The position numbers and the translations under genes were made by a program. This document shows, in pieces, positions 9,053 to 22,119 of a stretch of 58,472 nucleotides of DNA (position 1 is the first letter of the stretch; each line of letters starts with the position of its first letter). Location of the stretch: assembly GCA_013696105.1 (NCBI GenBank), contig JACCZE010000230.1, positions 1 through 58,472 of the forward strand, written 5' to 3'. The notes below the pieces were generated by a model that did no database searches, was not told where the DNA came from, and saw only the letters and a program-made list of their open reading frames with translations. This DNA comes from Planctomycetota bacterium. Lineage in GTDB: Bacteria > Planctomycetota > UBA11346.

Positions 9053-11089
9053 TCATCCAGGAAGCGACGTGGGGAACTGGGTTCGTCGGCCCGAGAGTTC
9101 GATCCAGCCGCCGACCTGGCCGGTCGGGAAGGACAGGGTCGTCTCTGCGATCCGCACCACGATCTCATCGGCGCGGATCAGCGGCTGAGCCGTCGGCACG
9201 GTGTCGACGCTGGCATCGGTCGCGGTGAGCACGTGGAGGAAGCAGTGCTCCTCAGCCGGCTCGCGCGGAGAGATCTCGATGCGGCATTCCGCCTCGGGGG
9301 CCGCGAACATGTGCGGCGCGCAGGGGAATTTCATGTCGTTGTAGGTGTAGAGCCGGTCCCCTTGGAACAGTTCCCGCGTTGTGCGTTCTGGCAGCACGGT
9401 CTGCACGAAGAGTCGACCGCCGCCATTGGTGATCACCAGCTTTCCATCGCGTTCGACCGGAGGCTTCATCGCGTGCAGCAGCCAGGTCTTCTTGAAGACC
9501 TGGCTGGTCGCGCGTACGCGGTCGAAGATCACGAAGGTTCCCGGCCTGAGGTAGACGATCTGTCGGGTGAACCACGACAGCTTGTGGCGCGAATACGCGC
9601 GTGTGCAGTCTCCGGCGACGTAGACGTGGCTCCCTGCATCCGCAAAGGCCAGCAGCTCGGCGATGTCGCCGAGTTCGCGGTTGCGGTGCCAGTGGTCGGC
9701 GTCGTAGGCGGCGCCATTGTGGCCGAATGCGCTTCCCACCCACGGGTAGGCCTGTCCGCCGTCGTTCGCGCCCTGCGCCGGCTGCGCACGGATGCCGGCA
9801 GGCCAGCGCTCCGCCCAATCGTGGATGAGCATGGAATTGTGGGCGATGGTCCGGATGTAGTAATTGACCTCGTGCTCGCTGTTCCAATCCCAGAAATGGC
9901 CGCCTTCGCCTGCCAGCTCGTGGTCGCGAAAGATGTAGAAGTGTCCGACATCGAGGTGCTGGTGCGAGGTGAAGCGCTTGCCGCACTTGAAGAAGAACCA
10001 CGTGGCATCCTCGCCCCAGGATGAACGCGCATAGGCGTGGCCCGGTCCGGAGCTGAGGTGCGACAGCGTGAAGGCCGCGAGGTCGCCTGTCGGGATGGAA
10101 CGGTCGTCCCACAGGAGATCCATGTAGGCGTTCTCATCCCCGCCGGATAGGGGGGTCGACAGGTTGAACGCATGCACTGCCTGATGGGCCGTGTCGTCTC
10201 GGTAGCGGCTGGCGAGGATACGCCTCGCGTTCAGCGCTTGGTCGCGGTCGTTGTTGAAGGAGCGGCCGCGCGCATCGCCCACGCCCATGGCGCGGCGTGA
10301 TCCGCGCTCGCGGATGCCCGGCAGCATCTCGAACATATTCGCCACCGCCGCCTTCTGATAGAAGCTGGGCACGAGCGCGTGGTAGTCGATGCCGGCGCAG
10401 GTGCGCGCGGTCTCGCAGAAGACCAGCCAGTGGTAGAGCCAGTAGTTGAGGTAGAAGCCCTCGGCGAAGCCGCCGCCGCGTCCGCACAATTCCAGCGCTG
10501 GCGACGCGCGTTCGCGGATGTCGCGGTCGAGCGAGGTGTAGAATTCCTCCGCGCTCGGGTTCTCGTGCATGGTCGCGAGCCACCCCACCCCAAGACCCCA
10601 GTTCTTGTAGGCCCACCAACCATTGTGGAACGGGCTGACCTCCTCGTAGATGTTGCGCAGGTGGCTCTCGTTCATGTAGGCGAAGAAGCGCTGCCGTTCA
10701 GCCTCGGTCCAGTGCGGATGGCAGAGGTCGTAGACGATCGCGCACATGCCGACATCGGCACCGAACACGTCGTGGCCGGTCTTCACCGGAAGGGCGATGA
10801 ACCGGTCGATCGCCAGCTCGATCGCCTGCCGACCGAGCGCGCGGTCATCTTCGATCGCACTCACCAGGGCGAGGCTGACCATCTTGCCGTAGGGAGTGAT
10901 CTGGGCGCCACGCTCGACGCCCGTCGCCGTGGTGATCACGCGATCGCGTGCCACCGCCAATGTGCGGCGGTAGGCGTCCGGCCGCTCCCGCGCGAGCGTA
11001 CGCAGGCGCTCGCGCGAACCGAAGAGGCGGGGGTGGGCCTGCGTCACGGAGGCGAGCGCCTGTGCGAGGTCATCCGTGTGGACTGTCAT
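9053..11089 (-). CDS. Heparinase II/III-like polysaccharide/oligosaccharide lyase
   Basis: Helical N-half with HNGW and EGFYLNY, then ARSSW, SHQHLDVGHF and RTIAHNSMLI motifs typical of the heparinase II/III fold; no clear signal peptide. Confidence 0.75.
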   Translation of the reverse strand: MTVHTDDLAQALASVTQAHPRLFGSRERLRTLARERPDAYRRTLAVARDRVITTATGVERGAQITPYGKMVSLALVSAIEDDRALGRQAIELAIDRFIALPVKTGHDVFGADVGMCAIVYDLCHPHWTEAERQRFFAYMNESHLRNIYEEVSPFHNGWWAYKNWGLGVGWLATMHENPSAEEFYTSLDRDIRERASPALELCGRGGGFAEGFYLNYWLYHWLVFCETARTCAGIDYHALVPSFYQKAAVANMFEMLPGIRERGSRRAMGVGDARGRSFNNDRDQALNARRILASRYRDDTAHQAVHAFNLSTPLSGGDENAYMDLLWDDRSIPTGDLAAFTLSHLSSGPGHAYARSSWGEDATWFFFKCGKRFTSHQHLDVGHFYIFRDHELAGEGGHFWDWNSEHEVNYYIRTIAHNSMLIHDWAERWPAGIRAQPAQGANDGGQAYPWVGSAFGHNGAAYDADHWHRNRELGDIAELLAFADAGSHVYVAGDCTRAYSRHKLSWFTRQIVYLRPGTFVIFDRVRATSQVFKKTWLLHAMKPPVERDGKLVITNGGGRLFVQTVLPERTTRELFQGDRLYTYNDMKFPCAPHMFAAPEAECRIEISPREPAEEHCFLHVLTATDASVDTVPTAQPLIRADEIVVRIAETTLSFPTGQVGGWIELSGRRTQFPTSLPG

Positions 11090-11118
11090 GGCGTCACGCT
11101 AGGCGCGCTTCATGGAAC

Positions 11119-11316
11119 TCAATCCGCCGCCCCAGGCAGCGTCGCGGCCATCGCGTCGGCGATCGCCAGCGCGTCGGCATCGCCCGCTGAACGCAGGGCG
11201 GCGATGACCTTCAGCCGGCGCTCCGGGGTGTGGTGCTGGTTCAGCTTCCACTTCCCTTCCAGCGTCAACGCGTCGATGCGGAAGCAGACGATCGCCTGCA
11301 TCAGCTGTTCGGTCAC
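11119..11316 (-). pseudogene. C-terminal fragment of a PaiB-like FMN-binding protein
   Basis: AIVCFRIDALTLEGKWKLNQHHTPERRLKVIAALR matches the PaiB C-terminus (IVGF.I....IEGKFKLSQN); only 65 aa, and the upstream frame hits the gltD stop after 17 codons. Confidence 0.7.
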
Positions 11317-11367
11317 AAGATGCGATCGAGCGCAAGCGCCGCGACATCGGTGTCGACGTCGGACGGT

Positions 11368-12849
11368 TCAATACGCGAACGCCTCGATGCGCACCTTCGG
11401 CAGCAGCGACTCCTGCTTCATCAGCCAGCTGTCGACGCAGCGCGCGACCTCGCGGCCTTCGCTGATCGCCCACACCACCAGGCTCTGACCGCGACGCGCA
11501 TCGCCCGCGGCGAACACGCCAGGAACGGTGGACATGCGCGTCTCAGCGTCGGTCTGGATGTTGCCGCGCGGATCGAGGGCGCAGCCGATCTGCTCGACGA
11601 TGCCGAGCTTGCGCGGGCCGAGGAAGCCCATCGCCAGCAGCACCAGGTCGCAGCCGAAGGTCTCTTCGGATCCGGCGACCTCGGTGGGCTTGCCTGACGA
11701 CCAATCGAGCTTCACCGTGGTCAGGCCGGTGACCTTGCCGTTCTCGCCGGTGAAGCGTTTGGTCGCCACCGAGTACAGGACGTCGCCGCCCTTCGTGGTC
11801 ATCTCCTCGACCGAGGACGAGATGCGCTTGATGCGCGCCCATTGCGGCCAGGGATTGCCGTACGTGCGCGCGCCGGGTGGCTCGGGCAGCAGCTCGAAGT
11901 TGGTGACGCTCACCGCGCCCTGGCGCAGCGAGGTGCCGATGCAGTCCGAGCCGGTGTCGCCGCCGCCGATGACGATCACCTTCTTGTGCGCGGCATCGAT
12001 GAGCTGCTTCTTGGGATGCAGGAACGCGAGGTCCTCGTCGCCCCAGTTGCGGCGGTTGGACTGCGGCAGGAACTCCATCGCATAGTGTACGCCGTCGAGA
12101 TCCCGGCCCTCGACCGGCAGATCGCGCGGCAGCTCGGCGCCGGTGGCGATGACCACGGCGTCATGGCGGCCCTTGAGCGCGTCCCAGGCGATGGTCACGC
12201 CGACATGGCAGTTGAACTGGAACTCGACGCCTTCGGCGGCGAGCAGATCCACGCGCCGCTGCACCTTCTCCTTGCGCAGCTTGTAGTGCGGGATGCCGTA
12301 CATCATCAGTCCGCCGGCACGGTCGGACTTCTCATAGACCGTGACCTGGTGGCCGGCGCGATTGAGCTGCTGGGCGCAAGCCAGGCCCGCCGGGCCCGAG
12401 CCGATGACGCCGACGGTCTTGCCGGAACGCGTGTGTGGGCGCTCGGGCTTGATCCACCCCATCGCGAAGCCCTTGTCGACGATCGACACTTCGTGCAGCT
12501 TGATCGCCACCGGCGGCTCGTTGATGCCGAGTACGCACGAGTTCTCGCATGGCGCGGGGCAGACGCGGCCGGTGAATTCCGGGAAGTTGTTGGTCGCGTG
12601 CAGTGCCGCCAGGGCTTCGCGCCAGCGACCGCGGAACACCAGGTCGTTCCAATCCGGGATGAGGTTCCCCAGCGGGCAGCCGGTCATGCAGAACGGTACG
12701 CCGCAATCCATGCATCGGCTGGCCTGGGTCTGGACCTGCTCCTCGGAGAACTCCTCGATGTGCTCCTCGTGATTCGCGAGGCGCTGATCGACCGGCAGGT
12801 ACTTCGGCACCTGGCGCGTATGCTTCATGAAACCCTTGGGATCACCCAT
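11368..12849 (-). CDS. gltD: Glutamate synthase small (beta) subunit
   Basis: RCMDCGVPFC..GCP, NNFPEFTGRVCPAPCE, GSGPAGLA, IGGGDTGSDC, GDARRGQSLVVWAI. Confidence 0.97.
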   Translation of the reverse strand: MGDPKGFMKHTRQVPKYLPVDQRLANHEEHIEEFSEEQVQTQASRCMDCGVPFCMTGCPLGNLIPDWNDLVFRGRWREALAALHATNNFPEFTGRVCPAPCENSCVLGINEPPVAIKLHEVSIVDKGFAMGWIKPERPHTRSGKTVGVIGSGPAGLACAQQLNRAGHQVTVYEKSDRAGGLMMYGIPHYKLRKEKVQRRVDLLAAEGVEFQFNCHVGVTIAWDALKGRHDAVVIATGAELPRDLPVEGRDLDGVHYAMEFLPQSNRRNWGDEDLAFLHPKKQLIDAAHKKVIVIGGGDTGSDCIGTSLRQGAVSVTNFELLPEPPGARTYGNPWPQWARIKRISSSVEEMTTKGGDVLYSVATKRFTGENGKVTGLTTVKLDWSSGKPTEVAGSEETFGCDLVLLAMGFLGPRKLGIVEQIGCALDPRGNIQTDAETRMSTVPGVFAAGDARRGQSLVVWAISEGREVARCVDSWLMKQESLLPKVRIEAFAY

Positions 12850-12857
12850 GGCTGGCT

Positions 12858-12931
12858 GTTCTCCGTTCTCCGTTCTCCGTCCTCGGTCCCTTGCTCTCCG
12901 ACGGAGAACCGAGGACGGAGGACCCAGGACC
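12858..12931. repeat. Inverted array of 7-bp CTCCGT(T/C) repeats between gltB and gltD
   Basis: gttctccgttctccgttctccgtcctcggtc ... gaccgag-like/ggagaaccgaggacggaggac arms. Confidence 0.8.
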
Positions 12932-12942
12932 TGTCGACGTCG

Positions 12943-17547
<4,605 letters not shown>

Positions 17548-17573
17548 GGGAGCTTCGCGGTTCGGGTGTCGGG

Positions 17574-18758
17574 TCAGGGAGACGAGGCGGTCGAGGAGGT
17601 AGCGGCGATGAGCGTCGCTGCGCGTGCGCGGAACGAGCGGTAGGGGATCAGCTGTTCGAACGGGGCCGGGCCGACCATGGGTCGGCTGGTCTCCAGGCGC
17701 AGCACCGCGTCGCCGCGGGTGCCCGGCGCGAGGTGGTCCTTCTCCCACAGGCTCGCCAGCGGATTGAGTCCGGTCGCGAGGATCAGGCCCACGCGGCCTT
17801 CGTGCACCGGCACGTTCAGCACCGGCTGGCCCGGCCGGCCGATCATCATGATGCCGGGGAATCCCGCATCGCGGCACTCGTCGTGCAGTTCACGCAGCTG
17901 CGGCAGCGCGCTCATCGGCACCTCGCGGAACGACGCGGTGATCGCGCCAGATCCGGTGCGCGCGGCCTTGCTCACGCTGGTGAAGTTCGCGCGGATGAAC
18001 ACCTCGTTGGGGCTGAGCGTGGTCGAGTCGTAGCGGATCATCTCGAGGAAGTGCTGCGGCTGTCCCGCGTCGACATGCAGCAGACCGCCGAAGATCGGAT
18101 GGCTGGGGATGCCGCGGCGCATCAGCATGCCGGCGAGGGTCAACGAGCACATGGTGCCCAGGCCGATGCAGCCGTCGGGAACCTGGCGTCCGAGGATGTC
18201 GTCGCCGGGCTGCGCGAAGAGCACGCGCGATCCGACCGCGAGCCCGGCAGCGAACACCGCTTCGAGCTCATCGCACAATGGGATCAGGAATTCGCGCGGG
18301 ATGACATAGGCGTTGATCGACACCAGTCCCGCCGACTTCGCCAGGTCGAAGCTCAGCTGGCACATCGTCTCTTCCATGCGATAGAAGATGCTGCCCAGGC
18401 GGCGTGAGACGGTGAGCTCGCGCGCGACCTCGCCGCCGGCCGGAGTGAGTCGATAGCCGCGACGGCCATGGCGTTCGATCAGGCCGATGTCCGCCATCTC
18501 GGCGAGGTACAGCCGGAGCGTGCGCTCGGACAGGTCCAGCCCCAGAGCCGAGAGGTGGTCCATCACGTCGCGGGTGGTGACCAGCTCCTTCCAGGGTTGG
18601 TCGCGCAGGGCGGTCAGGATCGGCTGGAAACGTTCACCGTGCTGCTCGAGATGCTCGCGCAGCTCCGCCGCCGAGACGGAACGTACCGATCGGCTCGACG
18701 AGTCCTCGTCGTCCCCATCGGGTCCGGATAGCGGCAGGTTTTCCGATGTCAGGCTCAT
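17574..18758 (-). CDS. nrpR: NrpR-family nitrogen regulatory repressor (wHTH + NRD/DUF128)
   Basis: wHTH LSERTLRLYLAEMADIGL..HGRRG..LTPAG, then NRD motifs GTMCSLTLAG, GIPS.P.FGGL, ASFREVP, GLNPLA; directly upstream of and co-oriented with gltB. Confidence 0.85.
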   Translation of the reverse strand: MSLTSENLPLSGPDGDDEDSSSRSVRSVSAAELREHLEQHGERFQPILTALRDQPWKELVTTRDVMDHLSALGLDLSERTLRLYLAEMADIGLIERHGRRGYRLTPAGGEVARELTVSRRLGSIFYRMEETMCQLSFDLAKSAGLVSINAYVIPREFLIPLCDELEAVFAAGLAVGSRVLFAQPGDDILGRQVPDGCIGLGTMCSLTLAGMLMRRGIPSHPIFGGLLHVDAGQPQHFLEMIRYDSTTLSPNEVFIRANFTSVSKAARTGSGAITASFREVPMSALPQLRELHDECRDAGFPGIMMIGRPGQPVLNVPVHEGRVGLILATGLNPLASLWEKDHLAPGTRGDAVLRLETSRPMVGPAPFEQLIPYRSFRARAATLIAATSSTASSP

Positions 18759-18768
18759 GGGTGCTGCA

Positions 18769-18794
18769 GATAGCGGCAATGTATTGCCGCTATC
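18769..18794. promoter_or_regulatory. Perfect palindrome, candidate NrpR operator (core GGCA-N6-TGCC)
   Basis: GATAGCGGCAAT-GT-ATTGCCGCTATC, a 12-bp perfect inverted repeat 10 nt upstream of the nrpR ATG; a further half-site GATAGCGGCA at 18727-18736. Confidence 0.7.
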
Positions 18795-18844
18795 GAGCGA
18801 TGTTCGTATGACTTGCCTCCCCCAATGCAAGACACGTCTTCACG

Positions 18845-18890
18845 CTAAATCATAACTTAAGTTATATTATATAAATACATTAAACTTTCG
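18845..18890 (-). promoter_or_regulatory. AT-rich promoter region of the nrpR-gltBD operon
   Basis: Very AT-rich island in GC-rich DNA; minus-strand TATAAT at 18866-18871; palindrome ATAACTTAAGTTAT at 18852-18865. Confidence 0.5.
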
Positions 18891-19034
18891 CTTGGTTGGA
18901 TTCCTGCATGGGGCATCGTATCAGAGCGGCAGCGCCCACTGAGCGGCCTCTTTCCGACCATCCAAAGGGCTCTTCCACAGGTCACAATGCCGGTATTTCA
19001 TGATGACGAGGTCACAGAACGGCAAGTCGCTACC

Positions 19035-20042
19035 TTATCTAATGATGGCAATAGCAGCCAAATGCCCCCCGAAACCCAGACTGAGCTTCCAGATCCGCCG
19101 CGCGTCTCCCGACAATGCGATCGCGAGTTCCACCGCCCCGCTGGCGCCCAGGCAATGACCGATGCTGGGCTTGCAGTGCAGGCGGGGTGCGCGCGCCCAG
19201 GGACCGTCGTCCAGGCCGCGTCGTTCGTAGGCATCGCCGATCCGGGTGCCGGTACCGTGGGTGACGATGAGATCGGGATCCGGGCACGCGCTCCACAGCG
19301 CCTCGAGGCAGGTCGAGAGGGTGCGCGGGTCGACGAAATGAGTCTCGTGGCCGGCGTCGGCGGATCGCACGCCGGCGACCAGCCGCCACGGACCGTCGTC
19401 GGCGAGCGCGACGAATCCCGCCCCCTCGGCGAGCGCGAATCCCGTCGCATCGTCGTTGCACCCGGGGAAGGCTACGGGCGCGAGATCCGCGCAGGTGACG
19501 CCCAACGCCGCGAACCCCGCCAGGATCAGCGGCGTGAGCGAGCGATCCGCCGCGCCGGCGATGCCGCGCGCGCACGCGCCGCGTTCGATCAAGTCGGCTG
19601 CGGCGAGCACGGCGTACAGTCCGGTCGAACAAGCCGCTGCGACCGGGCAGGGGATGCCGTCGACGACGCCGAGACGCCCGGCCACGCGCAGGCTCAATCC
19701 GCCCGCGAACGCAGCCATGAGTCGGCGCGGCTCGCCGGCGCACGCATCGGCGAGGGCGTGCATGTCGCCCTTGCTGGTACTGATCGAACATGCGGTGGGA
19801 CCCGGGAGTTCGGCGATGGATCGCCACGGATGCTCGACCGCGCGCATGGCGGCGGTGATCAGGTCCTCACCGCCGAGCGCCGCGGGGATACGTCCGCACC
19901 AGCCGATCCCCGGTTCGCGGCCGATCGCCCGCACTCCGGTCGTGACAGCCCGCCACGAGGCACGGGCATCCCCCGCCGGGCTGAGGCAATCCCAGGCCGA
20001 TATCGCGACGCGGCGGTAGGTGGTGAGCGGCAGCGCGGACAT
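19035..20042 (-). CDS. Short FabF-like beta-ketoacyl synthase
   Basis: VAAACSTG (Cys), GFALAEGAG, THGTGT (His), IGHCLGASG (His), SLGFGG; start MSALPLTTY at 20042. Confidence 0.85.
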   Translation of the reverse strand: MSALPLTTYRRVAISAWDCLSPAGDARASWRAVTTGVRAIGREPGIGWCGRIPAALGGEDLITAAMRAVEHPWRSIAELPGPTACSISTSKGDMHALADACAGEPRRLMAAFAGGLSLRVAGRLGVVDGIPCPVAAACSTGLYAVLAAADLIERGACARGIAGAADRSLTPLILAGFAALGVTCADLAPVAFPGCNDDATGFALAEGAGFVALADDGPWRLVAGVRSADAGHETHFVDPRTLSTCLEALWSACPDPDLIVTHGTGTRIGDAYERRGLDDGPWARAPRLHCKPSIGHCLGASGAVELAIALSGDARRIWKLSLGFGGHLAAIAIIR

Positions 20043-20278
20043 CCCCGCATGGTTCGCAGCGCCCGGCACGCACAAGCCGATGACCAAAGCGCATCGCACA
20101 CCGCTGTGCGAAACATGCGTTCGAACCGGAGCCTCATGCGCTTGCACCGATTGGCGGAGGTGACAGCCTCGTTTCAACGCATCGGGACTCCTGGTTCCGA
20201 TCGGTTTTTCGCAGTCTGGCCGGCGGGCCGCATCGATTCCCGCCCGTAAGCAGGTGCCAGGACGGCACCACGGGGGCA

Positions 20279-21499
20279 GTGATGAAGGAAGGCGCCAAGA
20301 GCGCGGTGCTGATGGAACTGACGAAGGACCAGCTCGAAACTGGCCTGCGCGGAGTCCCGGTCGGCTACTGCACCACGAGTTCGGTCGAAGCGCAGAAAGG
20401 CCTGTTCTACGTCGGCCGTCCGGTCGAGGAGATCGCCAACAGCGACCCCGAGCAGGTCATCCACCTGCTGCTGCACAAGACGTGGCCCACCGCCGAGCAG
20501 TCGGCCGAGTTCTCGAAGCTGCTCAAGGCCAACCAGGGCGTGCCGCGCGAAGTGCTCGACACCCTCAAGGCCCTGCCGCGCACCGGTCATCCGATGAAGT
20601 GGTTCATCCACGCGATCAATGCCCTGGGCATGGTCGGCGCATGCGGCGATTATCGCCGCGAATGCATCGACCTGATCGCGAAGATACCGGTCATCACCGC
20701 GGCCATCTTCCGCGTCCGCTCGGGTTGGGGCGAGCCGATCGCTCCGCGCACCGATCTCGGCTACATGGAGAACTTCGTCTACATGCTCGGCGTGCCCGGG
20801 CTGGACGCCGACAAGACGCGCAAGCTGACCAAGCTGATGCGCGTGTTCGACGTCGTGCATTTCGATCACGGCGGCGGCAACCTGTCCACCTTCGTCGGCA
20901 AGGCCGTGGCCTCCGGCAAAGCGGACATGTATGAGAGCATGTCCGCCGCGATGGCCGGTCTCGCCGGCCCGCTGCACGGCAAGGCCAACCAGGAATGCCT
21001 GGAATTCGTCCAGGAGTGCGTGGCCAAGGTCGGCGAGAACGTCAATGCCGATGCTGTGCGCGGACTCATCCAGCAGAAACTCGCGAGCAAGGAAGTGGTC
21101 TATGGCTTCGGCCACGCGGTCCTGCGCGTCGAGGATCCGCGCGCCAAGGTGCTGCGCGCCACCGGTGAAGAACTCTGCCCGACCGACATCAACTTCCGCA
21201 TGGTGAAGCTGCTGGCCGAGGTGGTGCCGCCGATCCTCGCCGCCAATCCCAAGATCTCGGATCCGCATCCCAATGTCGACAGCGCATCGGGTTCACTGCT
21301 GATGGCGTGCGGACTCACCGATCCGGATTACTACACGGTGCTGTTCGGCCTCAGTCGCGTGGTCGGCATCGCCGCGCAGATCGTCTATGAACGCTGCGAG
21401 GCCCGCCAAGGCAAGGGCACCCCGATCGTGCGTCCGAAATACTTCTTCAGCCCGCTCGGTACGTCTCAGGGCGAGGCGGAGATCGCCGGGACGGGTTGA
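20279..21499 (+). CDS. gltA: Citrate (Si)-synthase, eukaryote-like type
   Basis: HPM, DHGGGNLS, LAGPLHGKANQE, GFGHAVLRVEDPR, PNVD, YYTVLFGLSR. Confidence 0.92.
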   Translation: MMKEGAKSAVLMELTKDQLETGLRGVPVGYCTTSSVEAQKGLFYVGRPVEEIANSDPEQVIHLLLHKTWPTAEQSAEFSKLLKANQGVPREVLDTLKALPRTGHPMKWFIHAINALGMVGACGDYRRECIDLIAKIPVITAAIFRVRSGWGEPIAPRTDLGYMENFVYMLGVPGLDADKTRKLTKLMRVFDVVHFDHGGGNLSTFVGKAVASGKADMYESMSAAMAGLAGPLHGKANQECLEFVQECVAKVGENVNADAVRGLIQQKLASKEVVYGFGHAVLRVEDPRAKVLRATGEELCPTDINFRMVKLLAEVVPPILAANPKISDPHPNVDSASGSLLMACGLTDPDYYTVLFGLSRVVGIAAQIVYERCEARQGKGTPIVRPKYFFSPLGTSQGEAEIAGTG

Positions 21500-21508
21500 T
21501 CGGAGAAA

Positions 21509-21710
21509 CGTGCTCCGTCCTCGGTCCTCCGTTCTCCGTTCTTTGTTTCCTGTGATGGAATGGTGCGCGAGGGAACGAGTCGGGCGACTGATGACATGTT
21601 CCTGGGTCGAACGGTGGGATTCAATTGCGCTGAATCAGGTGTTCGCTCCCTGATCTAACACAGATCTTATCCCAGAAGACGGAGGACGAAGCACGGAGGA
21701 CCGAGGACAG
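21509..21710. repeat. Two inverted arms of 7-bp CTCCGT(N) repeats enclosing a unique spacer of about 130 bp
   Basis: cgtgctccgtcctcggtcctccgttctccgttct (21509-21542) versus gaagacggaggacgaagcacggaggaccgaggacag (about 21675-21710), between convergent genes. Confidence 0.8.
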
Positions 21711-21716
21711 GGGCAA

Positions 21717-22019
21717 TCAGACCGGCTTCTTCGATCCCTCGACCACGTGCGCGTCGAATGCCTCGGCGATCTCCTGCAGGCGGAATTCGTGCTCGTCCAT
21801 CGCCTGAACGTAGGCGTAGAGGTAGTATCCGTCCTTCGACCGGCTCAGCTCGGTCTTCATCATGCACTCGGGATCCTTGTAGCGGAACGTGTAGGTTCCG
21901 GTCGGTTCGAATCCGAGGTCGGCGAACACTGCGGTGAAATGGTCGAGGTCGTGGGTGAAGTCGACGATCTCCGAGGGATCGAGTGAGATCGCATATTTCC
22001 TGACCGAGATCGTCGCCAT
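21717..22019 (-). CDS. Hypothetical protein (100 aa)
   Basis: MATISVRKYAISLDPSEIVDF...; normal amino-acid composition and GC3-biased codons; fills an otherwise empty space. Confidence 0.7.
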   Translation of the reverse strand: MATISVRKYAISLDPSEIVDFTHDLDHFTAVFADLGFEPTGTYTFRYKDPECMMKTELSRSKDGYYLYAYVQAMDEHEFRLQEIAEAFDAHVVEGSKKPV

Positions 22020-22119
22020 GTTGGGGAAGTGTACCCCTGGCGCAGCGGCACGGCAAGGCGCCCCGCCCATTTCAAACAGCCTGGCTGCGTGCCCGCACCG
22101 ATCAGCTTAATAGCCCGGG

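Noticed and set aside
18808-18835. Sigma-54 promoter for nrpR-gltBD
   Set aside because: The TTGCA and GGCA elements are in the wrong order and spacing for GG-N10-GC.
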